This document shows, piece by piece, positions 33,440-46,105 of a stretch of DNA of 64,000 bases. The position numbers were made by a program, and so were the translations under genes. The notes beneath the pieces are model-generated. The model ran no database searches, was not told the DNA's origin, and saw only the letters and a program-made list of their open reading frames with translations. Numbering within the stretch: the first letter of the stretch is position 1; every line of letters begins with the position of its first letter. Source of the stretch: Ctenodactylus gundi. Taxonomy: Eukaryota. The stretch is from contig CM109709.1 in assembly GCA_048771875.1 (NCBI GenBank), forward strand, positions 44,260,541 through 44,324,540, in the 5' to 3' direction.

Positions 33440-35550
33440 CCCAACAATTAAAAGGAGGCCAAGAGAAGATCAGAAATCCTGAAGGAACATTGGAAGTAGA
33501 GGGAAAAAACAGCAGCCTAGGAAGCCACACCACGCTGGCTGCAAATGGCTGGGAGCCACAGACATCTGCAGACAGAGGAAATCCTGCGTGGAGCCCAGAT
33601 CATCTGACAGAGCTGGGAGAGGAAGGAGCACTCCAACAACTGACAGAAGGTCACGAGGAAGGTCGGAAATCTTGAAGACGTATGGGAAGTGGAAAAAAAC
33701 ATCAGCTGACTGGGCATAGCCCTGAGCTGCTAGCATCCACAGACCACAGACAAAGGAAAGCCCAGGGGCCAGAACCTCAGACTGAGGTTACAGCTAATGC
33801 GGGAGAAGTGGCAACTGTCAGCAGCTAGTAGCCCCAGCCTCCAGAATCTGCGAGTAGTGCATACTACAAATACAATGTGAGCACCCTCCTAGAAAAGGCC
33901 TTGGACGTAAACAGGAGTCATTATTAGGACCAAAAAAAAAAAAAAAAAAGAGCCTGAGACTTAACTAATTAAAGAGCACAGCAGGGCTTTTGGAATCACT
34001 CTTTAGCAGTTCCTAGGAAGAAACTGGTACGAAAGGCAGTTGCAGAGAGGAGAAAAAAGGCTGCTGACCTCCTGAACGGCTCAGTGCAGTGGGTGTACTT
34101 CTGAGGGTGGAGAGCCCTGCCCTAATGGGAAGGAAACCGTATAATGCAGAAGAGTTTTGCTAAAGGGGCCAGGGGTGAACAAGACACTTTAAAGACCAAC
34201 AGACTGTTAAATCCACCCTCACTGCCTACTCCCAGCACAGAACTTAGAGGAATTGCAGTTTCCTCGACACACCATCATAGCTGTTCAAAGAAACCTCTCA
34301 GCTAGGCCTTTAAAATGAAGTCCCTCAACAACAGAAACATGGGAAGAAGACAAGGGAACAGGACACCCACAGAAATGCCTGAGACCCCAGAAACTAATGT
34401 CATGGGCCCTAAATAGTGAAACTCATAGGGAAGGAAGTCAAAAAGCAAATAAATGAGTTGAGCAACCAGTTCAAACAAGTTATTCTCAAAGAAATCCAAG
34501 CCTTAATTAGAGGACTTAAAGAGGAGCTTACTAATCAAATAATGGTCCTAATGCAGACGAAGCTCACTGAGCATATTGAAGTCACAAATAAAAAGTTGGC
34601 TGAGGTAAATAAGGAAATGCAAGATATGAGGGAACACTTTGATAGAGAAGTGGAAAATATGAAAAGAAATCTAGATGAGATTCTGAATATAAAAGATAAC
34701 TGAAAGCAAGGGAAGACGACTCAAACATTGTGAGAATAGAATTTCAGACCTTGTAGCCAAGGTTAAGGAAACAAATGCTATAATTAGGTATGACTCCAAA
34801 ATTAGAAATGAGTAAAGTAGCTGCATACAACAGCTGATGGATGATGCAAAGAGAACCAATCTCAGAATTAGGAGTGTGAGAAAAAGAGCAGAAGACAGCA
34901 TGGAAGGTTTAAAAAATTTATTTACTGAAACAGTGCAAGAAAATTTCCCTAATCTAGAAAAAGAAATTAATTTTCAAGTACAGGAAAACCAAATATAGAA
35001 CACCAAGTAACCTCAACCAGCTACAACACCAGCCATGACACATCATAATCAAAACCTCAAAAATCAGGACCAGCCTGGGCTACAGAGGAAGACCCCGTCT
35101 CAAAAAACAAAATAAATCAAAACCTCAGAAATAAAACATACAGAGAGGATATTAAAAGCAGCAAGAGAAAAACAGACATTATCTACCAAGGCAAACCCAT
35201 TAGAATCACTGCAGACTTCTCAATGCAAACTTTAAAGGCTAGGAGAGCCTGGAGCAAAATCTTTCAAGCTTTAGAATACAGCAAGTATTAACCCAGGTTG
35301 TTGTATCCAGCAAAACCATCCCTAAAAATTGAAAGAAAAGTAAAAATTTTTCATGATCAAGAATCCCTAAAGAAACCTGTGACCACTAGCCCAGCACTGC
35401 AGAAAATACTTGAAGGAATCGTTGAGAGAAGCTGAGAGACAAGCAGCACCAAAAAACATGGTGGAAAGGAAGTATCTAAAAAGAAAGTGCAACAAAAAAA
35501 TTGACTGGTATTTGAATCATTCGATTGGTATCCTTCTAAAAACAGTACCA
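33440..35550 (+). mobile_element. LINE-1 5' fragment: 5'UTR monomers plus disrupted ORF1
   Basis: Tandem ~100-bp monomers at 33470-33720 (gaaatc[ct]tgaag...ggaaaaaa[ac]a[gt]cagc). The ORF1 coiled-coil peptide MKLIGKEVKKQINELSNQFKQVILKEIQALIRGLKEELTNQIMVLMQTKLTEH... is in ORF 34416..34703. A stop-ridden ORF1 C-terminal region runs to ~35550. A B1 3' fragment is nested at ~35050-35110. Lies in a Tep1 intron, antisense to Tep1. Confidence 0.8.
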
Positions 35551-36455
35551 ACTGTCTCGTAAAATTTGTGAATCTTCCCCAATAATTATTGTTTTAATAG
35601 AATATAAGTTTGCAAAACATTATATTAACGTAGGGAATTGGTATAAAATCTTTAAAAATATGTATGCATGAAGTTAGAGATGGATAGGTAGGCAAAATGA
35701 TAAACCAAATCTGGCAAAATGTTAGTAATTAGTGAAATGTAAGAAAATAAGTTATGAAAGTTAAAAAAATTCTGAAATACTTAAGCATACCACTCTATCT
35801 ATTGCTTTAAGTGTAGTATACTTATGTGATATAGATTTTAGTTCATTTAATGTAGCAATTCACTCATTTGGTCTTGAATGTAAGTTTATCCTAAAACTGA
35901 CTGATGCAATGATCAATGAATGTCTTTTGAATGTACAAACATTTACCTTTCAATACTCAGCTAAAGAATTTGAAATTTAACTTCTCTTTCTCACATTTTC
36001 TAGCCTTATGAATTTCATTGTTACAGTTCTCTTCTTATGTAGATTAGTGGGTGAAGCCACGTTAAAGAATCTCAACAAAGATATAGTAAGATACAGAAAA
36101 AAAGAACTTTTGGCAAATCACCTCAATAAAGGGCTCTGTTGGACCCAGAGGAAAAGCATCAAGATATGGCCATTGCAGCCCATTCTAGGGGTGGAAACCC
36201 GAACTAATAAGTGGTGATTTGAGTGGTAAAGTTAGTCAGATGCAGAAGATTAAATATGTTAAATATCTCAAGGCTTCTCTGATTTGGGAAACCCAGAACA
36301 CAGGCAGTCTGTAGAACCAAATGAGTGTGATTTTCTTTGGATCAAAATTGAATAGAGGTCACAGTTACAACCAACTATTCAGCTGTTTCCCAAATAAAAA
36401 AAATAATAAAATAAAATAAAATAAATAAAAACAAGAACAAAAACAGTGTAGTTGT
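35551..36455 (+). mobile_element. Possible L1 3' end with A-rich tail (the L1 above may be one internally deleted element)
   Basis: Non-SINE, AT-rich sequence ending in (AAAT/A)n at 36390-36450 on the same strand, contiguous with the L1 fragment. No ORF2 similarity was recognised. Tentative. Confidence 0.35.
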
Positions 36456-36740
36456 CCATGTTTCCTTTTGTCTTTCCTCCTAGACAGGATCTAGATGCAG
36501 CTGTATACACAGAAGGCTGGGGCTTCCGCAGCCATCTTGAACCATGAGGTGGGTGCTGTGGAGGACTGTGGAACAGTAAGGTAACAAGTCCCTGTAACAC
36601 TGTGCTGCTAGTCCAAGACCACTGTAAGAGGAATAAACTTCTATTTTGCTTTAAAAGTGAATGGATTAGAGGGTGCATGCAATCTCTCACAGACATTCCA
36701 ACGAGGCCTCCAACTCCTTCCATGTCCATTTTGTACTTAC

Positions 36741-36800
36741 TTCAGTATCCCATCTGTACAGCCTGAGAATGTCACGTCTTTAGGATTCAAAGTTGGTGAC
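36741..36800 (-). CDS. Tep1: TEP1 small exon (60 nt)
   Basis: Encodes (M)SPTLNPKDVTFSGCTDGIL(K), matching TEP1 STDLNPNDVTLSGCTDAILK. Acceptor ccctttcag|G, donor CTGAA|gtaagt. Confidence 0.8.
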
Positions 36801-37224
36801 CTGAAAGGGGAGTCAGTCACTAAGCACCACCATGATGCCCAGGGCATGGAGTCACTGCCTTCACCCAAGACAGACACCCCTGCTCCCACCTCCGCACTTT
36901 TAGTAGGGTTATGTGGCTGGGGTAGAGCTCAGTGAGAGAGTATTTCCCAATATGCACGAGGCCTTGGGTCTAATCCCCAGCACCACATATCCTGCCTACA
37001 CACACGTTGTGTGCTAGGCTAAGGCTAGGCTGGACCCTCACCAACAGGTACAGAACTGGGCTAAAGACTTCAGAGAAGCTTCTGGAACCCAAAGTGCAAC
37101 AGAATTAAGAAGGTGGAGATAGGAGGGGCCAGACAAGGGGAAGTTTCCCAAGCTTTGGCAGGAATAGAGGAGAAACACGCCTCGCCATCCTCTGACACTG
37201 GCAAGAGGTAGAAGACAGCCTTAC

Positions 37225-37352
37225 ATGGACATTTGTCTTAGGAGGACATTAACAAAGAGACACTTAGGATTCACATGCTGCCACACAATGTGCTTCGCTG
37301 CACTCAACATTTCCTGGGTCAATATTTCACCAAAGATGATGACCCGGTCCAC
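37225..37352 (-). CDS. Tep1: TEP1 exon (TROVE region)
   Basis: Encodes VDRVIIFGEILTQEMLSAAKHIVWQHVNPKCLFVNVLLRQMS, matching TEP1 VDRVILLGQSMDDGMINVAKQLYWQRVNSKCLFVGILLRRVQ. Acceptor tcttgcag|GTG, donor CCAT|gtaagg. Confidence 0.8.
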
Positions 37353-38317
37353 CTGCAAGATGAAAAGGAAGGGTCTGAGACTAGGGAACGTGGGCTAGAA
37401 GAGAGGAGAAAGGGCTTAGACACCAAGAAAGGGGCTCTCCGAGGATGGGGAGATTGGAAGATCAGAGTGGGAAACTGCCTCCTCCAAGAGCACTGACGAA
37501 AAAGGAAGTCCCTATGCTCTGCACTGGAGGACACCCAGGTGTCAGTAAGGGTAGGGACAGGACAGCGTACGCTACAACTAGCTCATTTAGGCCCAGGATT
37601 GTTTACTTTTAGGACTGTTTAATTTTTAGGAATTATGTGAGCCACTTAACAGAAGTGGCCCATTATTTATTTATTTACTTACTTACTTAATGATACTGGG
37701 CATTACACCCTAGGCCTTGCTCATTTTAAGCTCACATCACCAGCCAACATGGCCATTTTATATGTTAAATTGTATAAATGTAAGAGTAGATAAATTCAGG
37801 TCAAAAGGTAGAGCCCTTGCCTAGCATATATGAGGCCTGTTATTTGATCCCTAGCACCACAAAAAATTAATCCACTATATTTAAGACAAAGGTATAACAC
37901 CTCAACATAACATTTCCTAATCACCTTACTACATTCTACTCTCTCTCCTTGAGCTTCTCTACGCCTCTGTCAGTATCGTAGAAATCCAGTCTGGTTGTAG
38001 ATTACTGAGCATTTCTTCCCAACTCTATGCTCAGTGACATAATGTTGATAACTTGAATTCAGCCATGGTAGGACTAGTTACAGAATGGAAATTAGCAAAC
38101 ACAATTAACCAACACTCATTTTTCCAGACTGCTGTTATTAATCAGCCCCTCCTTCCCCGGCACTTCTAGTAACTAGCAAGGAGCCATCGAGGAGCTGATC
38201 TGGATGTTGCACAAAGTACAAAAGATCAGCTTTGAGGGACCAAGAAACAAGATGCATCCGTTGCAGGGGGAACAGAGAGGGAGGGGTGGTAAAGTTTCCA
38301 AGGAACTGAAAACTCAC

Positions 38318-38395
38318 AGGAACCCTCTGGACAGCCAGACGCAGCAGGTACTTCCTAAGAATGGACAGGTAAAATTCATCCTGTTCCTCCAACGC
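38318..38395 (-). CDS. Tep1: TEP1 exon (TROVE region)
   Basis: Encodes ALEEQDEFYLSILRKYLLRLAVQRVP. Boundaries from ORF 38138..38392. Confidence 0.86.
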
Positions 38396-39231
38396 CTGAA
38401 GGAAAGAAACTTGTGTAATTGGTTGTTCATGAAACGATCAATGGGCTAGTTTTGCATGTAGTTTGAGGGTCTCCTCCAAGGGTTCATATGTTGAAATCTG
38501 ATCCCCACCGTGAGGTATTAACAGAATGGAAACTCTGGGGTGGGGGCAGGGGTATAGTTTAGTGGTTAAAGGGCTTGTCTAGCAAGCATAAGGCCTGAGT
38601 TTGATTCCCCAGCACTACATGAGCCAGGTGCGGTGGTGCATGCCGCCTAGAATTGCAGCACTTGGGAAGCTGAGGCAGGATTGCCATGAGTTCAAGGCCA
38701 GTCGGGGCCACATAGTAAATTCAAAACCAGCTTGGACTACAGAGGGAGACAATCCTATCTCAAAAAGTACAATCTAGTGGGAGATCCTCAGGTAAGGGGA
38801 AGTTGTACTTGGAGCAACTAAGGTAGCTCTCATGAGGTCCCTGAGCGTTGCAACAACAAGCTGTTAAAAAAGACAGACTCTGACCCATAAATCATTCTCT
38901 GGCTTCCTATTTCAGCACATGACCTCTCCCTCCCACATGAGCTCTTGTATCACTCTGAGGTCCCCACCAGAACCAAGCCAATGGCAGGCAGGGCCTTACC
39001 TTCAAACCTCCAGAACTATGAATGAAATAAACTTTTTTTCCTGATAGTTATTCTACCTCAGACAATTCATTATAGCAATGACAAACCATCTACTACAATC
39101 AACAGGAAGAAACAGCATGATCTGCTTAGGAAATCTTCAGAACTGTGCCCATTCATGCCATTATGATGTAGGATGTGCCCAGCCTGTGTCCCTCCATGTA
39201 CCGTTCAGGGAACGGGGAGGGAGCGTCTGAC

Positions 39232-39390
39232 CTGGACTTGATCCTGGAGTGCGATGGCAGTCTTCAGGATCCCTTCCTCTGCTGTAAGCACTGCAGTCTT
39301 CAGATTGCCTCTCCCGCAGAGCATGACATCCACCTGCTCCGCCTGAGCCACCATCATCCCGATCAGCAGCAGCACATAGTTCAGGGGGGG
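39232..39390 (-). CDS. Tep1: TEP1 exon (TROVE region)
   Basis: Encodes PPLNYVLLLIGMMVAQAEQVDVMLCGRGNLKTAVLTAEEGILKTAIALQDQVQ. Acceptor tcaaccag|CCC, donor CAG|gtcaga. Confidence 0.82.
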
Positions 39391-40254
39391 CTGGTTGAAA
39401 GAGGATCTGGGTGAAAGGAAGCTCCTCCATTTTGAAATCCACCCTTGCCCACCCCGCTCTGCAGGCTTAGTATCTCCGCTGGTTTAGGATGAGAAAGGGA
39501 ATAAAGTCCTCAGTCAATAAGCTGGGCATTGTGGCACACGCCTGTAATCTCAGCTCTCTGGAGGCTGAGGCAGTTAGATTGTCATAAGTCCAAGGCTATC
39601 CTGGCTCCATAGTGAGTTCAGGGCCAGCCTGGGCTACAGAGGGAGACCCTGTCTCAAAAAAACAAAATGCTCAGTCAGAAGGGGTCAATTTCAGTAGCCT
39701 TCAGGAACAGCGGACTGTGAGTAGGATAGGGAGAAGCCAGAATTCTTCCCCAGATTCACTACAAGGATACAATAATGGGAAAAATGAGATATATATTTTT
39801 GGTAACAGAAATTTAGAGAAAAATAGCTGGGCCCAGGGGCACAGGCCTGAAATCTCAGAGGAGCCTGAGGCAGGAGGATCACACATATGAGCCCAGCCTA
39901 GGCAACTTTGAAACCTCCAAGACCCTGTCTCCAAATCAAAAATCAAAGTGGGTTGGGGATTCAGTTCAGTGTGAAGGCGCTGGGCTCGATCCCCAATACT
40001 ACAAAGAAAAAGAAAAAAGACCTACAGAGAGCATTAAGTACTAAATATGAAATATATTAGTACTATAATTCATAAATAGGATTGAGGCCACATCTTAGAA
40101 ACTATCCCAAAGAACCAAAGGCTGACGTTTGGAAGCACATCCATGTTATTTCCTTTCATGTGCACCTCCCTGGGAGAGCCAGGTCTGGGAGTAAGATATT
40201 TCCAGACTCCCCAACATCTTCACAGCCCCTCAGAGGATGCTTTTTGCTTTTTAC

Positions 40255-40423
40255 CTCTCGTATGCTGCTCTTAGGACAAAACTTGTCTGCGTCGCCATCT
40301 ATCAGATAGACCAACAGGGTGCGACCGGGCAGTGGAGGCAGGCTGTGCCTCACAGAGATGCTCACAGCTGCCTCCAGGGCCTGCCGGTACCGGTCCAGCG
40401 TCTCAAGGTCACAGTTCCACTGT
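40255..40423 (-). CDS. Tep1: TEP1 exon (TROVE region)
   Basis: Encodes (R)QWNCDLETLDRYRQALEAAVSISVRHSLPPLPGRTLLVYLIDGDADKFCPKSSIRE. Boundaries from ORF 40156..40455. Confidence 0.88.
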
Positions 40424-41019
40424 CTGCAGAGCAGGGAAGACACAGACACAGGCACTCGGGCTTATCTGCCTGCCCCTCTGAGGCTGACGGGAAAGTGGGA
40501 ACTTCCCACTCAAGGTCAAGTCCTCTCTCTCCATCCTTCCGCAGCCCATCTCCATGATACAAAGAGTCAGGACTTCACTGAGCCCACAGAAAGAGCTGTA
40601 TGTCCATTTTGAGCTTGCTCATGATAGTTATTTTTCTATGTGTCAAAAGGAAGACTGAAGGGGTGGGTCCAAAAATTCAAAAAGAGAAATGAAAAGAAAA
40701 ACATAGATACCACAGAAGGCAAAAGAAAACACTGAACCAGAGCAGAGTTGAGAGGAGACCAGGATGCACTAAAAGGAGGGCAATAGCGCCACAGGAACCA
40801 AAAAATGACCCCAGGAGATAGAGTGGAGGCCAAGGCCCAGCTCTGTCTCCTATGACCCTCTAGAACAATGCTGGGTCAGGATTCGCTGAGCGCCAGACGA
40901 CAGGAAGTGAGGGGGTCTGAGCCACTGGAATGACCGACAAGAGTTGGAGTTCCCAGATGACACGGCGCCCACTAGCACGCCTCCATCACCCGCTCCGGGC
41001 CCCGGGTGGGTACACCCAC

Positions 41020-41206
41020 CTGGCCTTGTGTGTCTTCAGCTTCTCCTGCTTGAGCTGCTCGTATATCACAGGTATGGTCATTGCCACCCGCAGCTCCTGG
41101 CGGCTCAGGTTGCGCAGGCACTGTGGATTGGCAGGCCTCTTGAGTTTTTTTGCATTTCGAATCATTATTCGCTGCATGAGTTTTGTATTGGAAGGAAAGG
41201 GCAACG
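41020..41206 (-). CDS. Tep1: TEP1 exon (TROVE region)
   Basis: Encodes (A)LPFPSNTKLMQRIMIRNAKKLKRPANPQCLRNLSRQELRVAMTIPVIYEQLKQEKLKTHKA(R). Boundaries from ORF 40986..41234. Confidence 0.88.
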
Positions 41207-41422
41207 CTGTGTGGTGACAGGGATGCAAGATCATCAGGCACTTGCCAGCTCATCATCTCACCCAGTTAGTGTACTCTGAGCACCAATGCCTGGGACTGCC
41301 AAGTGTCTGACCTCTACCCAACCCATCCCTGACTCTGTAAAGGACACTGAACAGAAGTCTCTGTGGGCCTCTCCTTGGGTACGGGTGACACAGCACAGGA
41401 GAAAGAAAGGAAACAAGCGTAC

Positions 41423-41513
41423 CCTTATTCCTGAGTTGGGCCTCAAGGCGATCAAGAGCATCGTAGGCATTAAGGAATCTGAACGGAAACTGCCGACTGT
41501 GGATTATGGACTT
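41423..41513 (-). CDS. Tep1: TEP1 exon (TROVE region)
   Basis: Encodes KSIIHSRQFPFRFLNAYDALDRLEAQLRNK. Boundaries from ORF 41253..41573. Confidence 0.88.
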
Positions 41514-42200
41514 CTGCAAAGCAAGGGAAGGGTCATGAACAGAGGCCTGGGAGAAAGGGGCCACCAGGGCCATGGGGACCGGGAATGCAAGGCCCCCGTT
41601 GTGTCAGGTTTCTGGAAACGTGAGGAAGGGGGTTATGGATTTAGAGGACATGCAGAGAAAGAAGAAGAAAGAAAAAAAGAAGTCATAGGAAAAGAGTTAA
41701 GCATGGCCTGACATCCTGTGATCCCACTACTCTGGGAGGCTGAGGCAGATGGATTTGAGCCCAGCCTGGGCACCTTAGCAACTTAGCAAGACTCTGTCTC
41801 AAATTAACAGTTAAAAAAAAAAAAAGTAGGACTGGGGATGTAGCTCAATGTGAAAGCCCTGAGGTCAAACCCTAATATAAAAAATAAAAGGTAAAGAAGA
41901 GGAAGTACCCTGAAGTCAGTTAAATTATAGAAGAGTCTCTTCCTGGTAAGTCACTGAACTCAGAAAATAAAAATGAAACTTCTTACACTCTACCGTAATC
42001 TCTCAGAGGGCTGACTGATGTCTGGGCCTGTTTTTCCCAAAGTATCTGTATCTCCATATTTATTACAGCCCATATAGAGACAAACTAGTTGGTGACGGTG
42101 ACCTTCCTCAGACACCTGGAAATGCCTGCCTACAGCAGCAGCGGCCTCTCCATCCCCACGTCCCTTCGTGAGCCACATGTCCCTTGCCCCTCACACATAC

Positions 42201-42310
42201 CACATCCTGGAGCTGCTGGAGAACGAGGTCATGGTGGTGGGCGCTTATCCCCACGCGGAGCAGGTTGCACAGGTTCCGAAGCATGGCCATGAATGGAAGC
42301 TTCCCATTCT
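42201..42310 (-). CDS. Tep1: TEP1 exon (TROVE region)
   Basis: Encodes (E)NGKLPFMAMLRNLCNLLRVGISAHHHDLVLQQLQDV. Boundaries from ORF 42108..42449. Confidence 0.88.
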
Positions 42311-43500
42311 CTGCACAAAGTGGGCACAGCATGAGGAAAGTGAAGGGGCAAGAGGCAGAGCTCAGAGACCAGGCCAAGAAAGTTGCCAGGCATGTGGAAA
42401 GTTCAAGATGGAGGCAATGAGAGACCGACATGTCATCTACTCTACTCAAAACTCAGGAAAATAAGCAGAATTGGCTTGAAGTGCAGAGCAAAATTTATGC
42501 AACACTGTTTATGGGACAGTTGTTTTAATAAATAACATCATTACTGTATATGTTGACTCTATCCCTAAGATTATGGTTGGAAACAGCACAATGTTGTCTC
42601 TACAGCACTGGTTTCCAAACTTTTGAGATGGCTAAGAAAGAAATTTCCTTGTGTAAGTTTGTTTAGTTATGAACTATATATTTATGCCATACATTCATTA
42701 CTTAATATTTCAAGGCATAATATATATGCCAAAAATAAGATTCAGCTGGACCCAGTGGTTCAGGCCTATAATCCCACCACTGTGAGAGGCTGAGGCAGAA
42801 GGATCACTGGTTCAAGGTCTGCCTGGGCAAGTTAGCAATTTAGTGAGACCTTGTCTCCAAATAAAAAAGTAAAAATGGGTTCTAGCTACTACAAGGGTTG
42901 AGACAGGAAAACCCTAAGTTACAGGCCAGTGTGGGGGACTTAGTGAGCTCCTGTTTCAAAATAAAACACAAAGGGCTGGGGACTTAGGTCAATGGCAGAG
43001 CCCTGGCCTAGTGCCACAAAAATAAACAAGTAAAGTAACAACAGCAAATTAAAAAAAGAGAGAAGGTTAAAAGTCAATTCATCCTCCCTAATTTGATTTT
43101 TATCAGTGTGGTCAAATTATCAAAATCTTCCACATCCTAAACATGAGTTTCTGGAGAGATCCCAGTTGCCAAGAGCCAGGCCTATTCCGTTTGGAATGAG
43201 TCACACAGATATGGAGACAGGTGTAAGCAGAGAGGCATAACCATTTTTGTCATATATCGTGAAAGACTTCTGTATCACCTACGACACCTGGGATAACAAT
43301 CCATCTACGATGCTAACACCACTCACTGCAGGGTTCCACTGCCCACTCTTGTGTGGTCAACAACAGACCTTACAAATCCAATCACTTTCACTGCTACAAC
43401 TACCAAGCAAGAGAAGAATTGCATCATGGGCTGGAGATCAATGAGTCAGGGTCTAAATGCAGAGGCAGGAACATAGACCATAGCAATCCAGGTCACCCAC

Positions 43501-43658
43501 CGATGAGTTTTTCCCAGGCAGAAGCTTGATTCCCCCGCAGGCTCAGTTCTCGCTCCCAGGTCTCCGGTGTAGGGAGCTTCATGCGCCTCCCGGCCCTGCT
43601 AGAGTCCCACGGCCCTGGGAGATGACTTCGAGAAAAGAGCTGCAGGTTGGAGGGATAC
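43501..43658 (-). CDS. Tep1: TEP1 exon (TROVE region)
   Basis: Encodes (R)YPSNLQLFSRSHLPGPWDSSRAGRRMKLPTPETWERELSLRGNQASAWEKLI. Acceptor gtcccag|G, donor ATCG|gtgggt. An 82-nt intron follows upstream. Confidence 0.82.
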
Positions 43659-43740
43659 CTGGGACAGAGGAGAAAGAGCCTATCACTTCACGGCTAGTAG
43701 AAAACACAAAAGGAGATATGGGCTGGTAAAAGCTCCTCAC

Positions 43741-43865
43741 CTATAGCCCAGCAGGGCTTGGACGTGCTGGGCAGGCTTGTGGATGTGCAGTCGCTGTACC
43801 AGCTTCTTCAGAGTGAACCTCGGCTGGGTCTTTTTCTCTGGCACTGAACTGTAGGCAGCCTCAAA
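43741..43865 (-). CDS. Tep1: TEP1 exon (TROVE region)
   Basis: Encodes FEAAYSSVPEKKTQPRFTLKKLVQRLHIHKPAQHVQALLGY. Acceptor ccccag|TTT, donor TATAG|gtgagg. Confidence 0.82.
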
Positions 43866-44309
43866 CTGGGGAAAGAGCCCCAAGTCCCACAAGGATCAGT
43901 GCAATCAAGATCAGGGGCGTTCTTCAGAAGGCAGAGCCTAAGAAACTTCCTACATCTACGAGGTACTAACTTCCTCCAAAATAGATTTGGGAAAAAAGAG
44001 TGAAAATATGCAGCATAAAAGCTCCCAGGATGAGTTGTAAGATAGCAGCTGGTAGTCAGAAGCGATGGCATACTTACAGTTCAAGTTACTCAGAAGGCTA
44101 AGGCAAGAAGATCATTTCAGCCCAAGAGTTTGAGACCCACCTAAGCAAAACAGTGAGAATCTTCTAGAAAAAAAAAAGCGTACCCAGTGGTGCAGGCCTA
44201 TAATCCCAGCACTCTGGGAGGCTGAGTCAGGAGGATCACAAATTTGAGCCCAGACTAGGGAACTTAATGACTAGATTGGGAGACCCTATCTCAAGATCAA
44301 GAACAAAAA

Positions 44310-44700
44310 TTGGGGGTGGGGGGCACCTGGAGAAATGGCTCAGCAGTTAAAGCACTTGCCCAGCAAGCACTAAGTACTCGAGTTCACTCCCCAGCACCAC
44401 ATAAGCCAGGCATGGTGGTAGCCTGTAATCCCAGCACTAGAGAGGCTTGGGCAGGAGGATTGCTGTGAGTCCAAGGTCAGCCTGGGCTCCACAGTGAGTT
44501 CATGACCAGCCTGGGCTACAGAGTGAGACCCTGTCTCAAAAAAAAAAAAAAAATGACTGGGGATATAGCTCAGTCTGAAGGCCCTGGGCTCAACCCCCAG
44601 TACCACAGAAAACAAACAAAAAACCAGAAGGGGCTGGTATGGCTCAGCAGTAGGGCCTAGCATGCAGCATGCATGAGGTCCTAGGTTCAGTTCGAGGCAC
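44310..44700 (+). repeat. Composite SINE plus two ID-like heads
   Basis: Head gggggcacctggagaaatggctcagcagttaaagcacttgcccagcaagc...; B1 body; A15 tail; then tRNA-like heads at 44550-44610 and 44630-44700. Confidence 0.7.
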
Positions 44701-46024
44701 TTACGGTTCACTCACCTAAGACTGAACTCTCAGTGATTAACACAGGATGAATAGCTTACAAAGAACATATGAGGACAGAATGAACAAGGACTATCTTTGT
44801 TCTACAAGAGAAAGGGAAAAGCTGCTCTTATTTAAATCAATGAGGCCTTGAACAGGTAAATGAAGCCATCAGCACAATGTAGGTTGTGAAGAATTAAAAA
44901 GCTGAAAAAGTCAATCAATAAATAATAATAATCCCAGCATTCTGGGAAGCTGAAGCAGGAGGATCACAAGTTCAAGCCCAGACTGGTCAATTTAGCAACT
45001 TAGTGAAACCCTGTCTCGAAATCATAATCAAAAAATGGATTAAGGATAGATATATAGCTCAGTGTGACGGATCTGTGCTCCATCCCCAGCACCACAAAGA
45101 AATTAATAAGTAATAATAATAAATTTACTAATAGCAACAGATTGAAAAATAAAAAACAGAAAAAGAAGATTAAAGATAACAAATTTGATTATTTCTTTTT
45201 TGTCAACGTGATCAAATTACCTAAAACTTCCATGTTCTAAATATGAGTTTCTGAGTATGCCAAGAGCAAGGCAGGAGACCTAAGGTTTTGACATATTAAT
45301 ATAATGAAAAAGAAGAGACTAGTTCATCAATGAGAATATGGTTTTTTTCTTATAATATTAATGTATATTCTCAAAAAAATCTGGTTTTTGTTTTGTTTGG
45401 TTTTTCTTGAGACAGGTTTTTGCTCTGTAGTCTAGGCCGGTCCTGAACTCACTGTGTAGCTTATGCTCGCCTCAAACATATGGCAATCCTCCTGCCTCAG
45501 CCTCCTGAGTGCTGGAATTACACCTGTGCACCACCATGCCTGGTTTACATGGTGCTGGGGAATCAAACTCAGGGCCTTGTTCCTGGTAGGCAAGTGCTTT
45601 AACCTCTGTGTTATTATTCCAGCTCCAAAATATCTATTTTATGAATGACAGTAGTAGTTAGTATCAGGAATCATTAGAAATACTTTAACCACAGGATCTG
45701 ACTTAATCTTTATAACCCCATTTTACATATGAGTAAACTGAGACAAGAGGCATCAAGTCAGCTAACCAAGGTCTCTCTCACAGGCAGCAAAGGGTAAAAT
45801 TCAAACCCAGGAAATCTGAATGCAGATTCTATTCTCTTAGCTGCTAAGTTTATAGCCTTCTTTGTCTTAAAAATAAAAGATTTTGTTTGATATCTTTTTA
45901 AAAGTCCCAATAAGACAGATACTTCACAATGTTTTTAATTCATTTATGTAACTAAATACATCCCGGTCAGGAAAGAATACAAATTTTGCCTGTGTACGTA
46001 TCAGCCGCAGAATAAGGGACCCAC

Positions 46025-46105
46025 CTTGATCTGTTCACTTATAAGAGGCCAAAGGCTCCTTGGAAGACGTCTCATTTTCTCAGCAAAAGAACCCTCTTTC
46101 TTCTG
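46025..46105 (-). CDS. Tep1: TEP1 exon
   Basis: Encodes QKKEGSFAEKMRRLPRSLWPLISEQIK. Boundaries from ORF 46001..46225. Acceptor ctgtctcag|CAG. Confidence 0.84.

Noticed and set aside
34416-34703. ORF 34416..34703 (+, 95 aa) with a clean coiled-coil peptide
   Set aside because: It is the LINE-1 ORF1 coiled-coil domain (…KEIQALIRGLKEELTNQIM…NKEMQDMREHFDREVENMKRNLDEILNIKDN) within a disrupted L1 fragment, not a host gene.
36379-36729. ORF 36379..36729 (-, 116 aa) adjacent to genuine Tep1 exons
   Set aside because: No reading frame of it matches the missing TEP1 segment. The matching residues were found in exons 36741-36800 and 37225-37352. The sequence (gtggtcttggactagcagcacagtgttacagggacttgttacc...gttcaagatggctgcggaagcc) looks like an LTR or other repeat fragment followed by an A-rich tail.
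37263-37274. Apparent 12-nt mini-intron between CAG CAT|gtgaat and cctaag|TGT
   Set aside because: Far too short to be an intron. Read continuously it gives ...VWQHVNPKCLFVNVLLRQMS in frame, matching TEP1 ...YWQRVNSKCLFVGILLRRVQ. It is therefore a single exon (37225-37352).
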